Source: Octopus sinensis (Eukaryota). Taken from it: DNA of 64,000 nt. Every line of letters starts with the position of its first letter. Positions within the stretch are counted from its first letter, which is position 1. The DNA is taken from NCBI RefSeq assembly GCF_006345805.1, contig NC_042997.1, positions 207,576,001 through 207,640,000 of the forward strand, written 5' to 3'. Below, piece after piece: positions 39,061 to 50,849 of this stretch. The position numbers and the translations under genes were made by a program. The notes beneath the pieces are model-generated. The model did no database searches. It worked only from the letters and a program-made list of their open reading frames with translations, and was not told where the DNA came from.

Positions 39061-39169
39061 GACAGAGAAAATGACAATGGACTGATATTTGTGGCGATAT
39101 GAGGTTCTTGAGAAGACTCACCCACATCAGTGAAAGAGAGTTCTAGAAGTGCTGTGTATCCCACCCACA

Positions 39170-40285
39170 CTTAACAAGATAACTTCTCACACATTCTACC
39201 ACAACAAACCAAACTACAACTCTACACCTCTTCTCTTCCTCACATTTCCACTTCATGCACTATGCTTACCTCCCACTCCCCAATCTTGTCCTCTTGGACC
39301 TGTCTCACTGTATCATTGCTAATCACTAGCCCTCAACCTGTGTGTCCCACCCACACATAGAAAACTTTTCGCACACCCTACCCCAACAAGCCAATCTCAA
39401 TCTCTAGATCTCTTCCTCACATTTCCTCTTTCATACACCATGCCTGCCTCTCACTCCCCAATCCTGTCTTCATGGCCCTGTTTTTCTGTATATTGCTATC
39501 CAGAAACCCTTCCCCCAGTCTATATATATATACCCAGATTTTCAACACTCCCTTCCCCTACTCTCTAATCATGCTTCTTTGGCAATGTCCTGCCACTTAT
39601 ATTATATGAATTTTGAACCTTAAGGGTATGCCCTGGCACTTGCCATCATCTATATCTCTCTCTCTGCCTTTACTCAACCATCCCATTTACATTCTGATCC
39701 CCATCCCACGTGAGTATGCCCAGCAGTTTGCCACCATCTCTATCCTGCTGTCTCCCACTCTCTCTCTCTCTCCTTTTCCTGCATTTCCCTCTGGTTGAGC
39801 AACCATGTATTTCCTCTATGGCAGTGCACCTGTTTCTCTCTTCATTCCTGATCCCCCCACCCTACCCAGCAAGAAACCTGTTTCTCTCTCTCTCTCACAC
39901 TATAACCATTCATCATCCAACACAAGATCACCTCCTCCAATGTCCCCTCCTCTCTCAAAAGAGATTTCTTTTTTCTTTGTCTTGCAGGTTACTTGGTGAC
40001 CCTGTCAGTGTAGGTGCCACTTAAATGTACCCAGTCCACACTGTAAAGTGGTTGGCATTTGGAAGGGCGTCCAGCTGTAAAAACCTTGCCAAAACTGACC
40101 TCGCCTGTGCTTATGCCACGTAAAAAGCACTAAGTCCATTCTGCTGAGTGGTTGGCATTTGGAAGGGCATCCAGCTATAAAACTCCAGCCAAAACAGTCA
40201 CAGAAGTCTGGTGCAGGCTTCTGTCTGGCCGGCTCCTGTCAAACCGTTCTACCCATGCCAGCATGGAAGGCAGATGTTAAATGAT
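39170..40285 (+). mobile_element. ORF-less CT-rich element with duplicated RTE-type tail
   Basis: CT-rich body, then tctttgtcttgcaggttacttggtgacc, two gtggttggcatttggaagggc tail segments and (tga)n. Confidence 0.55.
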
Positions 40286-40289
40286 GATG

Positions 40290-40960
40290 GTGATAATGAG
40301 TCCAGTGGTACACTCTTATGTTTTATTTTTAAGATGTGATCACTTGAAATGTTTGCCAATTCTATCTCCTCATCTAATGTTAGATCTAAACAACTTGAAT
40401 TTGCAAAAGAATCTCTAACCCACTCGAATTTCTCTCTAGACAACAATGGAACGTAATCAAAGTTTTTCTAAAAGTATTGCAAGATGTTCCTATATATGGG
40501 CATACAATTTCCTACTCATTTTAAAACTTTTCACAGATGGAAACATTTCCAGATTATGTTTTTATCAAACTTCCTAGCCAGAGTTGAAGTTTTTTTAATC
40601 TTCTCAGTTTATCTGTAGCTGTGAGGATATTCTCATTGCGGGCTTGCATATGGGAATTGAGCATGTTTAATCTGGAAAGGATATCAGCCAAATATGCCAG
40701 TTTTGTACACCAGTCATTCTCACTGAGCTGGTGAGACAATGGGTTCCCTTCTTGTTTTAAAAATGCTTTTAATTTGTTCTTCAGTTTCAGCACCCAATTT
40801 CAAACTTTACCCTGAGACAGCCAGATAACATCCATGTGTAGAAGTAGGCAGTGGTGTTCTGATTCTATGTCTTTGCAAAGTTGAGCAAATAATCTTGCCT
40901 TTAGTGGTTTCACTTTGTTGGAGTTTACAATGTGCACAGTTTGATCCAAAATCAATTTCA
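40290..40960 (-). mobile_element. hAT Buster/ZBED-like transposase remnant
   Basis: KLAYLADILSRLNMLN...NILTATDKL (40554-40793); FEWVRDSF...EEIELANISSDHILK (40249-40446). Confidence 0.8.
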
Positions 40961-41019
40961 ATCATCCACAAGAGTCTTGGAGACTAATGCCTCTCATCAT
41001 CATCATCATCATCATCATT

Positions 41020-42217
41020 TCACATCTATTTCCCATGCTGGCATGGGTCGGACGGTTTGACTGAGGTCTAGGAAGCCAGGAGGCTGCACCAGGTTCCAAT
41101 CTGATCTGGCAATGTTGCTACAGCTGGATGCCCTTCCTAATGCCAACCACTCCAAAAGTGTAGTGGGAGTTTTTTATGTGCCACTGGCATGGGAGCCAGT
41201 CAGGCGGAACTGGCATTGGCCACGTTTAGATGATGCTTTTTATGTGCCACTAGCACAGGATCCAGTCAGGGTGGGTGGAGGTGGCAGGCATTGACCACAT
41301 TCAGATGGTGCTTTTTATGTACCACCAGCATGGGTAGCCCATCAGGCAGCTCTGGCAGCGACCCACAAATAAATGGTACTTATTGCGTGCCACCAGCGCT
41401 GGTTACGGCTACAACAACAATTTCCATTTGATTGTGATTTGATTTGATTTATGAAATGTCGCCCAACAATTCAAAGGTACTTTTTAAATGGGCTGATTAT
41501 GCAACACTGATATAGGCTACAGCTGTGATCTCACTTTACCAGTTGGGTCTTTTCAATCACATCATATCTCCAAAGGTCGCAGTCTCTTGTCATTGCCTCT
41601 ACGAGGCCCAACATTCGATGGTCATGTTTCACCCCCTCATCCCATGTCTTCCTAGGTCTCCCTCTTCCACGAATTTTTCCACTGTGAAGGAGTGACACTT
41701 CTTCACACAGCTCTTCTCATCCATCCATAGTACAAGACCATACCAGCATAGGTGTCTCTCTCTTGCACACCACATCCAATGCTTCTTATGCTCAGCATTT
41801 CTCTCAGAGCACTTACACTCCGTTGTGTATGCACACTGACATTACACAGCCAGCGGATCATGCCAGCTTCAATTCTTTCGAGCCTACACATGTCTTCAGC
41901 AGTCACAGCCCATGTTTCACTGCCATGAAGCATAGCAGTTCGCACGCATGCATCATAAAATCTACCTTTCACTCTGATTGAGAGGACCTTTGTCACCATT
42001 AGGGGTAGATGTTTTCTAAACTTTGCCCAGGCTATTCTTATTCTAGTGGTAACATTCTCAGAGCATCCACCCCAACTACTAACTTGATCACCCAGGTAGC
42101 TAAAGCTATCAACTACTTCTAGCTTCTCCCCCTGGCATGTGATGGAATCAGTTTTCTGAGCATCTGTGGTGTTTATTGCCCCTCTTCAACTGCCACACAC
42201 AAAAGTTATCTTCCTAG
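41020..42217 (-). mobile_element. 5'-truncated RTE copy with 3'UTR and tail
   Basis: ORF 41703-41999 (KGRFYDACVRTAMLHGSETW); (cat)n at ~41000. Confidence 0.85.
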
Positions 42218-42235
42218 TAACCCTAACCCTAACCC
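42218..42235. repeat. (TAACCC)3 interstitial telomere-type repeat at RTE 5' junction
   Basis: taaccctaaccctaaccc directly abuts the truncated RTE end. Confidence 0.8.
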
Positions 42236-42239
42236 TTTT

Positions 42240-43270
42240 GATGTGATGTCAATGAGGACTTTGCTTTTGTGAGGCTTAATTCAGAGGAAAGAGGCAGATG
42301 TGAGGGAGTAGTTTTGTTCGCACCTTGAAGAGTTGGTAGTAACAGTGGAGAACTTCATGCTTTCTCTACCGAAAGGCAAAAGGCTTTGAAGTAATTCATA
42401 TTTCCACACACAAAACACTTTGGCTTTTTCCCTTTGTATATAAATGGGCATCTGTTCACATTCCCCAAAAGAGACAAAATTCAGGAATGGAATTTATTTC
42501 CACCGGAGAAACTAGCATCTGGAATTCCAATCCTGTTGAGTTGTGGGGTGGACTTCACCTCCACAATCTCCCCATGCTCCTCTAAAATGGCTAAAACTCT
42601 CACTAGATCCCAGTGAACCAGCATGTTCTTGACTTAATTTCAAGTCAATCTTTACCTTTGTAATGGGAAAACCTCACAAAAGCCTGGGATGTGCAAGTTA
42701 TAGCTGCCATTCTTCCTGCTTCTTGCTCACTGTTATCTGAATATAGCAGCTACTCTCCCATCTTGCTTACCTTTGAATATGTGTAGCACCAAGGGCCACA
42801 CATCTTTGCAGCATTCTTCAGTCTCTGCCAGAGTAGGAAATTTAAGTTTCCTCTCCTCGCGAGAATCACATTTATATACAATTGCTTGTCGTTTATAAGG
42901 GTTTTACTCCTCCTCACTAAGGCATATACCACCTGGTCACAGAATGTCACTTTTGTATCGCAGTGCTTTATTTTGCAAATCTTGGACTGAAAGAACTGTC
43001 TAATGGCTAACTTCTTTCAAAAGGGATATGGCTTTGTAGTGGTTCATTATGTTATTACTGCTGCTGCTGCTGCTGTCATCGTTGTAGTTGCTGTTGTTGT
43101 TGTTTCCGTTCTTTGTGCTGCTGCTGTTCACATTGTTGCTATTGCTGATGTTGTTGTCATTGCTCTTGTCGTTTTCACTGTCTTGCACCTGTTACTGTCA
43201 TCACAGCAAAAGAAGACGTTATATTTCTCTTTCTCAAGAATTTCACTTCAGCCATGGCTGAATTCAGAGC
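42240..43270 (-). mobile_element. Degenerate Tx1/L1-type ORF1 (gag-like, zinc knuckle)
   Basis: Asn/Ser-rich N-terminus (43000-43188); KPKCFVCGNMNYFKAFC CCHC-like knuckle near 42380-42430; many stops. Confidence 0.55.
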
Positions 43271-44239
43271 TACAACTGAGTCAACAAAACGCTACTCACT
43301 GTGGATTATTAGGATTTTTGCTGTAATCCGGCATTTTTTTAAATTGGGGGGAAAAAAAAATGAAATTTTGTCTTCATGAAAATGCAAAACAATTCTTACA
43401 CATCCAAAAAGGAGCTGCAATTACACGAATTGTTACCACCATGATCCAGACAATGCAAACAAAATACTTGTTAAATAAAATTTTGAAAGAATGGTGGTGG
43501 TGGTGGTGGTGATGATAAGGAGGAGTAAAAGACGAAAAAAGGAAAGAAAGATAGAAAGCAGGAAAGAAAGGAAGAAATAGAGCAAAAGAAAAAACATTTT
43601 AAAAAATCCGTGCATCATGTTACGGCCCCACCCAAAAAAGACAAAGGTAAAGAAAGAAAACTGAGAAAATGAATGGCTGTCAGAAGAAGATGACGTAACG
43701 TAGAAATGTATTGACCAGCAAACATTATAGAGTAACCTTTAACTAAAGCGGCCTCAATTAATAGGAAACTAATTTGAGAATTATGGATAAATAACTGCCA
43801 CCTTTTCGATTACAAATTATTCCGATTTCACTACGAAAAAAAAAAAGAGCATTTCAAACTTTACGGCAATCCTTCAGAGATGTTTTCAGGAAAGTGAAAC
43901 TACTTGTTCGGTAAGTTCCGTAAAACATTCTCATTTCTTCACTTTGTTTTTCAGCTTACACATAGAACCCTCAGTGCAAACCCACCCAACCATCCACCCA
44001 TACATGCACATAAACAGAAGTGAATCATGAAAGCATAAAACATGTATATTTGTGTGTGTGATGTGGGGTGTGACCGTGTTTTCCAGTCTTCAGCCGGAAA
44101 AAAAAGAAAGACATTCAACAAATAAATTTTATACGCAAATTGCCAAACAAATAGTTTCACTTAACGGAGACCTTCTCTGAAGGATTGCAAAGTTTATATT
44201 TCTTTTTCCTACCCCATATTTACGTATGTATACACGTAT

Positions 44240-44757
44240 TGGATCTTTCCCTTTTGAACGGCAGATGTCAACACAATTTCTAGTTAACTAAACACTTTTA
44301 AACTTCGTATACTGGTAGAATGTGTTTATGAAACATCATTTTTTCTTGGCTTTATTGAGTAAATTCTATAGTTTGTAAGATATTTCCACTTTAAAATCGA
44401 GCATTTCGGCAATTTTAACCAATCGCTGGAGTCCATTTCGGGTGAAAACATTCTGTGCTGTATGAATATGTCCCTCCTTTAAGAAACAGATTGGGTTTAT
44501 TTACATTTGCGAAGAAATAAAAGATACCCTTCCCCTAACTCTAATTAACCCTAACCCTAAAACAGATTGAAATGCAATAGATCGATACTAGAGTTATAAT
44601 TATGGGTGACATTTTCATTTGACACCGCTAGAAACAATCCCATTTTCCGTAGCGGTGTCGTATGAAAATGTCACCCATAATTATAACCCTTGTATCGATC
44701 TATTGCATTTCAATCTGTTTTAGGGTTAGGGTTAGGGATGGGGGAAGGGTATCTTTT
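44240..44757. mobile_element. MITE-like element ending in a ~110-bp fold-back containing TTAGGG repeats
   Basis: 44519-44630 is inverted to 44650-44757 (~90% identity by eye); spacer 19 bp. Confidence 0.65.
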
Positions 44758-45160
44758 AGAGTCATTAGTAGAAGAATACAACAAACGATTCAGTGATTTT
44801 CAAAAGCATAACATCACTCTGCAACTTGCTTTTCAGCCTCACTTAGTCGATGTACCAAAGGCTCCTGAAGAATTACAAATGGAGCTTATTGAAATGTCTG
44901 AAGATAATATCCTGACATCTCAGTTTGACAATAGGGATGATCCCATTGAAATTTTGAAACATGCATGCCGACTGATTTCCTGCTTTTCAACAACATACTG
45001 TTGCGAATCCACATTCTCGTACTTGACGCAAATCAAGAATTCACTGAGAACACAGTTGACAGACGAGCATTTAGAGGACCAATTGATACTAAGAACCACT
45101 CTGTTAGAACCTGATATCAAAATGCTTTCTCAAAAAAGCAAACTTAAGTCATTAATTTGA
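44758..45160 (+). mobile_element. hAT transposase C-terminal (dimerisation) fragment, GTF2IRD2/SPIN-like
   Basis: RFSDFQK...APEELQMELIEM...FSTTYCCESTFS...IKNSLRTQLTDEHLED. Confidence 0.85.
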
Positions 45161-45507
45161 ATAAAATTAGTTTGAATAAAGAAAACGCCTAAAGGAAATA
45201 TTTCAAAATTTCAGATTATTATTCATTTACTTATTTAAAAAAAAAGGGTAACAAAAAAATAGAATGCGAGTAATGCAACAGGAGGGTGGGGAAATGACCT
45301 TGGAAAATTCACTAAATCCGAGTTTTTCACTCTTAACTTTTAGGAAAATAGGTTTTTACAGTGAAATTTTATAGAAATACATTCCAAACCCCATACGTTA
45401 CGATTATAAAGAAATTTGTGAGGGAAATCTTTTCTAAGATGGTGGGCAGAGGACTTCGGACAATTCCCAAGATCCAAGTTTTTCTCTCATAACTGTACAT
45501 ATATATA

Positions 45508-46017
45508 TCTATATATATAAAACTCTAGTTGTGTGAGTGTCTGTCCCCTTCGATTTAGATTCCTAACTCCTCCCACATTTTGCGGTGCAGTTTAACCAAA
45601 TTCGGGTATCTTATAGTCGTGATTCATATCAAGCCCGTCTGGGTATTAGCGCGCGTCAACGATGAGTCTACGATTTTAAAAATAATTTAACATCATTTTT
45701 TATTCCATTTTAATGCATAATTTGTCGTGTGTCGATGGCGGCGGAGTTGGCATCCACGCTCACAGCTGCACCTGTTTGCTTCTCCCCCTTCCCTCCCTCG
45801 TGAAGCTGTGGGGAAGGGAGTGTAAAGAAATCAACGTCGTAATGCGTTGTCAAGGAGACCAGCGTTCTTTTAGAACAACGACTTCATGGCTTGAATACAC
45901 CAAAACAGAAATGGCTAAGAAAGCCCGAATTGGCATTTATAAGGGAAGTAACTCTCTAAAAATGTTTATATAGTTATTTCCCTTACAAACCCGAGCAACG
46001 CCGGGCGATACTGCCAG
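45508..46017 (+). mobile_element. Non-autonomous Helitron
   Basis: A|TCTATATATA 5' end; 3' CCCGAGCAACGCCGGG hairpin then CCAG|T. Confidence 0.75.
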
Positions 46018-46026
46018 TATATATAT

Positions 46027-46771
46027 ATAATAGTTATCGCCATACTAATATGGCATTCTTATAAAAATAAGAATAAAGCTGTCCGCTTATTAGCTCCATG
46101 AGGCCATCGCCTTAAGTTAGCTATTTGATACACAAACTGTATCCATATAACCTTCGAACAAGGGAGGTCAGTCACTCCACACTACTTGACCGGCAGCTAC
46201 AGATGCGTTTCGGGGTATTGCCCCTTTTCAATGCAGCGTAGCCAGACCAGTAGGTGTCGCTTCTGACAATCTCTGTTCGAAGGTTTTATTTACCTAGCTT
46301 CGGTGGAATACATCCACTTGTTTTCAATAATAGAAATATTAAAATTACTAAGTTTTCCAAACGCTGCCGTTGTTCTCTTTTAGAGAGACTTAGTAATTTT
46401 AATATTTCTATTATTGAAAACAAGTGGATGTATTCCACCGAAGCTAGGTAAATAAAACCTTCGAACAGAGATTGTCAGAAGCGACACCTACTGGTCTGGC
46501 TACGCTGCATTGAAAAGGGGCAATACCCCGAAACGCATCTGTAGCTGCCGGTCAAGTAGTGTGGAGCGACTGACCTCCCTTGTTCGAAGGTTATATGGAT
46601 ACAGTTTGTGTATCAAATAGCTAACTTAAGGCGATGGCCTCATGGAGCTAATAAGCGGACAGCTTTATTCTTATTTTTATAAGAATGCCATATTAGTATG
46701 GCGATAACTATTATTTTCCGGAAACGCTGCCGTTGTTCTCTTTTAGAGAGACTTAGTAATTTTAATATTTC

Positions 46772-46777
<6 letters not shown>
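46027..46777. repeat. Penelope-pLTR-like inverted duplication (327-bp arms, 34-bp spacer) plus partial direct repeat
   Basis: 46027-46353 versus 46388-46714, one mismatch seen; spacer plus arm start repeated at 46715-46777; hammerhead-like remnant in each arm. Confidence 0.9.
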
Positions 46778-46811
<34 letters not shown>

Positions 46812-47046
46812 ACAAAATAAGAAAATGGAGAAATACATCGAAATCAAATATCAATTACCAGATAATTCTCAATCACATAATTTATTAAACCACCACATAA
46901 GAAACTATAAGGTTAAACATAATAATGTAGGGTAAAACAGTGTACATGAAGGAATGTGCATAAAAGAGTAATGTTATACAATAAGTAGAATACGTATAAT
47001 AGAAAATAAATATAAGTACACATAAATATAAATATAAATATAGACT

Positions 47047-47177
47047 ACATCTTACAGCTGTTTCGGCCATGTAGATAAGCATGTCTCATTTAACTTATAT
47101 TAGCCATTTATGGTAGGTCAATAAGTCGTTATAAATGAGACATTTACAAAAATATCCTAAGGACTCTTCGGAGATTA
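47047..47177 (-). ncRNA. Type I hammerhead-like motif with ~90-nt stem II extension and palindromic stem III
   Basis: ATCT CCGAAGA GTCC [92 nt incl. 12-bp hairpin] GGCC GAAA CAGCTG TA AGAT. Confidence 0.55.
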
Positions 47178-47377
47178 CAAATCAGATTACATACATACTT
47201 ATATAGGTGTGGGTACATACCCATAATAAAACATATACATATACATGAGTGCATATACTCATACTCCTATATATATAGATATACATATACATAATGATAA
47301 TATATATATGTGTGTGTGTGTATTATATATGTGTATATATATATGTATATATATATATAATATAAATATATAAGTAT

Positions 47378-47409
<32 letters not shown>

Positions 47410-47476
47410 ATATAAATATATAGGTATATATATGTGTGTGTGTGTGTATATATATATCTATATAAATATATATATA

Positions 47477-48110
47477 CTAACAGTATCGCCCGGCGTTGCT
47501 CGGGTTTGTAAGGGAAATAACTATATAAGCATTTTTAGAGAGTTATAGCCAAAAAATAGCAAAAACTGCATTAAAAATGGAAAAAATATGAAGGTAAATT
47601 TTTTTTTAAATCGTTGACTCATCGTAGACATTTTTAGAGAGTTACTTCCCTTATATAATAGCGAAAAAATGCATTAAATGGAAAAAAAACGATGGTAAAT
47701 TTTTTTTAAATCGTAGACTCATGTAGACGCTTTCTTAGCCATTTCTGTTTTGGTGTCTTCAAGCCATGAAGTCGTTGTTCTAAAAGAACACTGGTCTCCT
47801 TGACAACGCATTACGACGTTGATTTCCTTACACTCCCTTCCCCACAGGTGCAGGTGTGAGCGTGGACGCCAACTCCGCCGCCATCGACACACGAAAAATT
47901 ATGCATTAAATGGAATAAAAAATGATGTTAAATTATTTTTAAAATCGTAGACTCATCGTAGACGCGCGCTAATATTCAGACGGGCTCGATATGAATCACG
48001 ACTATAAGCTACCCGAATTTGGTTAAACTGTACCGCAAAATGTGGGAGTAGTTAGGAATCTAAATCGAAGGGGACAGACACTCACACAACTACAGTTTTA
48101 TATATATAGA
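47477..48110 (-). mobile_element. Non-autonomous Helitron, same family as 45508-46017, opposite strand
   Basis: Minus 5' TCTATATATATAAAACTG; 3' hairpin plus TTAG|T; contains extra duplicated segments. Confidence 0.75.
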
Positions 48111-48302
48111 TATACGTAGCGCAGTAGTGGTGAGATATGACAGCAAAGAAAAGCATACATTCACTCTCTGCATGCAATTAGACTCGGAAAGTTCGTGAGG
48201 AACCCATTGACCCAATTTGCTGACTTTTCCGATAGCACACAGGTGTCAATGAATGGTTGAATGACCAAATCCAAGCTTCTCTGCTAGTTCCTCAACAGTT
48301 AC

Positions 48303-48595
48303 GGTGAGTGGATTTGGTAGACGGAAACTGAAAGAAGCCTGTCGTATATATGTATATATATATATAAGTGTGTGTGTATATGTTTGTGTGTCTGTGTTTG
48401 TCCCCCTAGCATTGCTTGACAACCGATGCTGGTGTGTTTACGTCCCCGTCACTTAGCGGTTCGGCAAAAGAGACCAATAGAATAAGTACTGGGCTTACAA
48501 AGAATAAGTCCCGGGGTCGATTTGCTCGACTAAAGGCAGTGCTCCAGCATGGCCGCAGTCAAATGACTGAAACAAGTAAAAGAGTAAAAGAGAGT
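48303..48595 (+). mobile_element. tRNA-derived SINE, 3' portion
   Basis: gtgagtggatttggtagacggaaactg...gaaacaagtaaaagag, near-identical to 52765-53248. Confidence 0.85.
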
Positions 48596-48869
48596 AATAT
48601 ATATATTATCATCATCATCATCATTATTTAATACCCGCTTTCCGTGCTAGCACGGGTTGGACGGTTCAACTGGGATCTGGGAAGCCAGAAGGCGGCACCA
48701 GGCTCCAGTCTGATCTGGCAGTGTTTCTACAGATGGATGCTCTTCCTAACGCCAACCACTCCGTGAGTGTAGTGGGTGCTTTTTACGTGCCACTGGTACA
48801 GGTGCCAGGCGAGGCTATATATATAATATATATACATACATACATACATATATATATCATCATCATCAT

Positions 48870-50610
48870 CATCGTTTAGCGTCCGTTTTCCATGCTAGCA
48901 TGGGTTGGACGGGTCAACTGGGGTCTGTGAAGCTGGAAGGCTTCGTCAGGCCCAGTCAGATCTGGCAGTGTTTCTACGGCTGGATGCCCTTCCTAACGCC
49001 AACCACTCCGCGAGTGTAGTGGGTGTTTTTTACGTGCCACCTGCACAGGTGCCAGAAGGAGCTGGCGAACGGCCACGAACGGATGGTGCTTTTACATGTC
49101 ACCGGCACGGGGCCAGGCGATACTGGCAACGGACACGAACGGATGGTGCTTTTACGTGCCACCGACACGGGGCCAGACAGAGCTGGCAAACGGCCACGAA
49201 CGGACGGTGCTTTTACGTGTCACCGGCACGGGGGCCAGCCGAGGCTGGCAACGGATGCGAACGGATGGTGCTTTTACGTGCCACCGACACGGTTGCCAGA
49301 CAGAGCTGGCAAACGGCCACGAGCGGACGGTGCTTTTACGTGTCACTGGCACGGGGGCCAGCCGAGGCTGGCAACGGACACGGACGGATGGTGCTTTTAC
49401 GTGCCACCGACACGGGGCCAGACAGAGCTGGCAAACGGCCACGAACGGATGGTGCTTTTACGTGCCACCGACACGGGGCCAGACAGAGCTGGCCAACGGC
49501 CACGAACGGACGGTGCTTTTACATGTCACCGGCACGGGGCCAGGCGAGGCTGGCAACGAACACGAACGGATGGTGCTTTTACGTGCCACAGACACGGGGC
49601 CAGGCAGAGCTGGCAAACGGCCATGAGCGAATGGTGCTTTTACGTATCACCGGCACGGGTGCCAGACGAGGCTGACAGCGGACACGAACAGATGGGTCAC
49701 TTAACTCCTGCTTTCTGATATATGATTTGATTTTGATTGTTCTCACTGGTCTTGCCGGGTCTTCTCACGCACAGCATACTTCCATAGGTCTCGGTCTCTG
49801 GTCATTTCCTTGGTGAGACCTAGAGTTCGAAGGTCGTGCTTCACCACCTCAACCCAGGTTTTCCTGGGTCTACCTCTTCCACAGGTCCCCTCAACTGCCA
49901 GGGTGTGGCACTTTTTCACACACCTATCTTCATCCATTCTCACCACATGTCCATACCAGCGCAATCGTCTGTCTTGCACACAACATCTGATTCCTCTTAG
50001 GTCCAACTTTTCTCTCAAGGTACTTACACTGACATTACACATCCAACGGAGCATACTAGCTTCATTTCTCGCGAGCTTACGCATGTCCTCAGCAGTCACG
50101 GCCCATGTTTCACTGCCATGTAGCATGGCTGTTCGTACACATGCATCATACAGTCTGCCTTTTACTCTGAGCGAGAGGCCTTTAGTCACCAACAGAGGTA
50201 AGAGCTCCCTAAACTTTGCCCAGGCTATTCTTACTCTAGCCGTTACACTTTCAGCACACCCACCCCCACTACTGACTTGGTCACCAAGATAACGGAAGCT
50301 ATCAACCACTTCTAGTTTTTCCCCCTGGAAAGTGACGGAAGTTGTTTTCTGCTGATTTTCAGAGGTTAATGCTCCCGAGCATCTGCCACATACAAAAACC
50401 ATCTTCCTAGTTAGCCTTCCTATGACATTGCTGCACCTCTTATGTGTCCATAGCTTACACTTGGTGCATCTTATAGAGTTTCTACTACTACACCTTTTCT
50501 ACAGATCGAGCAGGGCCATCTACCTGAAGGCGTTTGTGATTTGTCTACCTTCCTACTTATTACGACTTTGGTTTTAGCTAGGTTGACTCTAAGGCCCTTC
50601 GATTCTAAAG
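48870..50610 (-). mobile_element. Young 5'-truncated RTE with open 3' ORF, VNTR 3'UTR and tail
   Basis: Intact 219-aa ORF 49743-50402 plus PHD region to ~50530; (cat)n at ~48860-48870. Confidence 0.92.
49030..49700. repeat. ~61-bp minisatellite, ~11 units of two alternating variants
   Basis: The landmark acgaacgga(t/c)ggtgcttttac recurs at ~49075, 49135, 49196, 49257, 49319, 49380, 49441, 49502, 49562, 49623 and 49684. Confidence 0.92.
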
Positions 50611-50849
50611 CACCAACCGAACGTGGAAGTTGCCAGCCTCCCCTGGCCCCTGTGCCAGTGGCAGGTAAAAAGCACCCACTACACTCACGGAGTGGTTGGT
50701 GTGAGGAAGGGCATCCAGCTGTAGAAACACTGCCAGATCAGACTGGAACTTAGTACAGCCTCCAGGCTTCCCAGACCCCGGTCAAACTGTCCAACTCATG
50801 CTAGCATGGAAAACGGACGTGAAACGATGATGATATATATATATATATA

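Noticed and set aside
44690-44757. N-terminus of the 156-aa ORF as part of the hAT transposase
   Set aside because: It comes from the MITE fold-back (TTAGGG gives LGLGLG); the ORF is chimeric.
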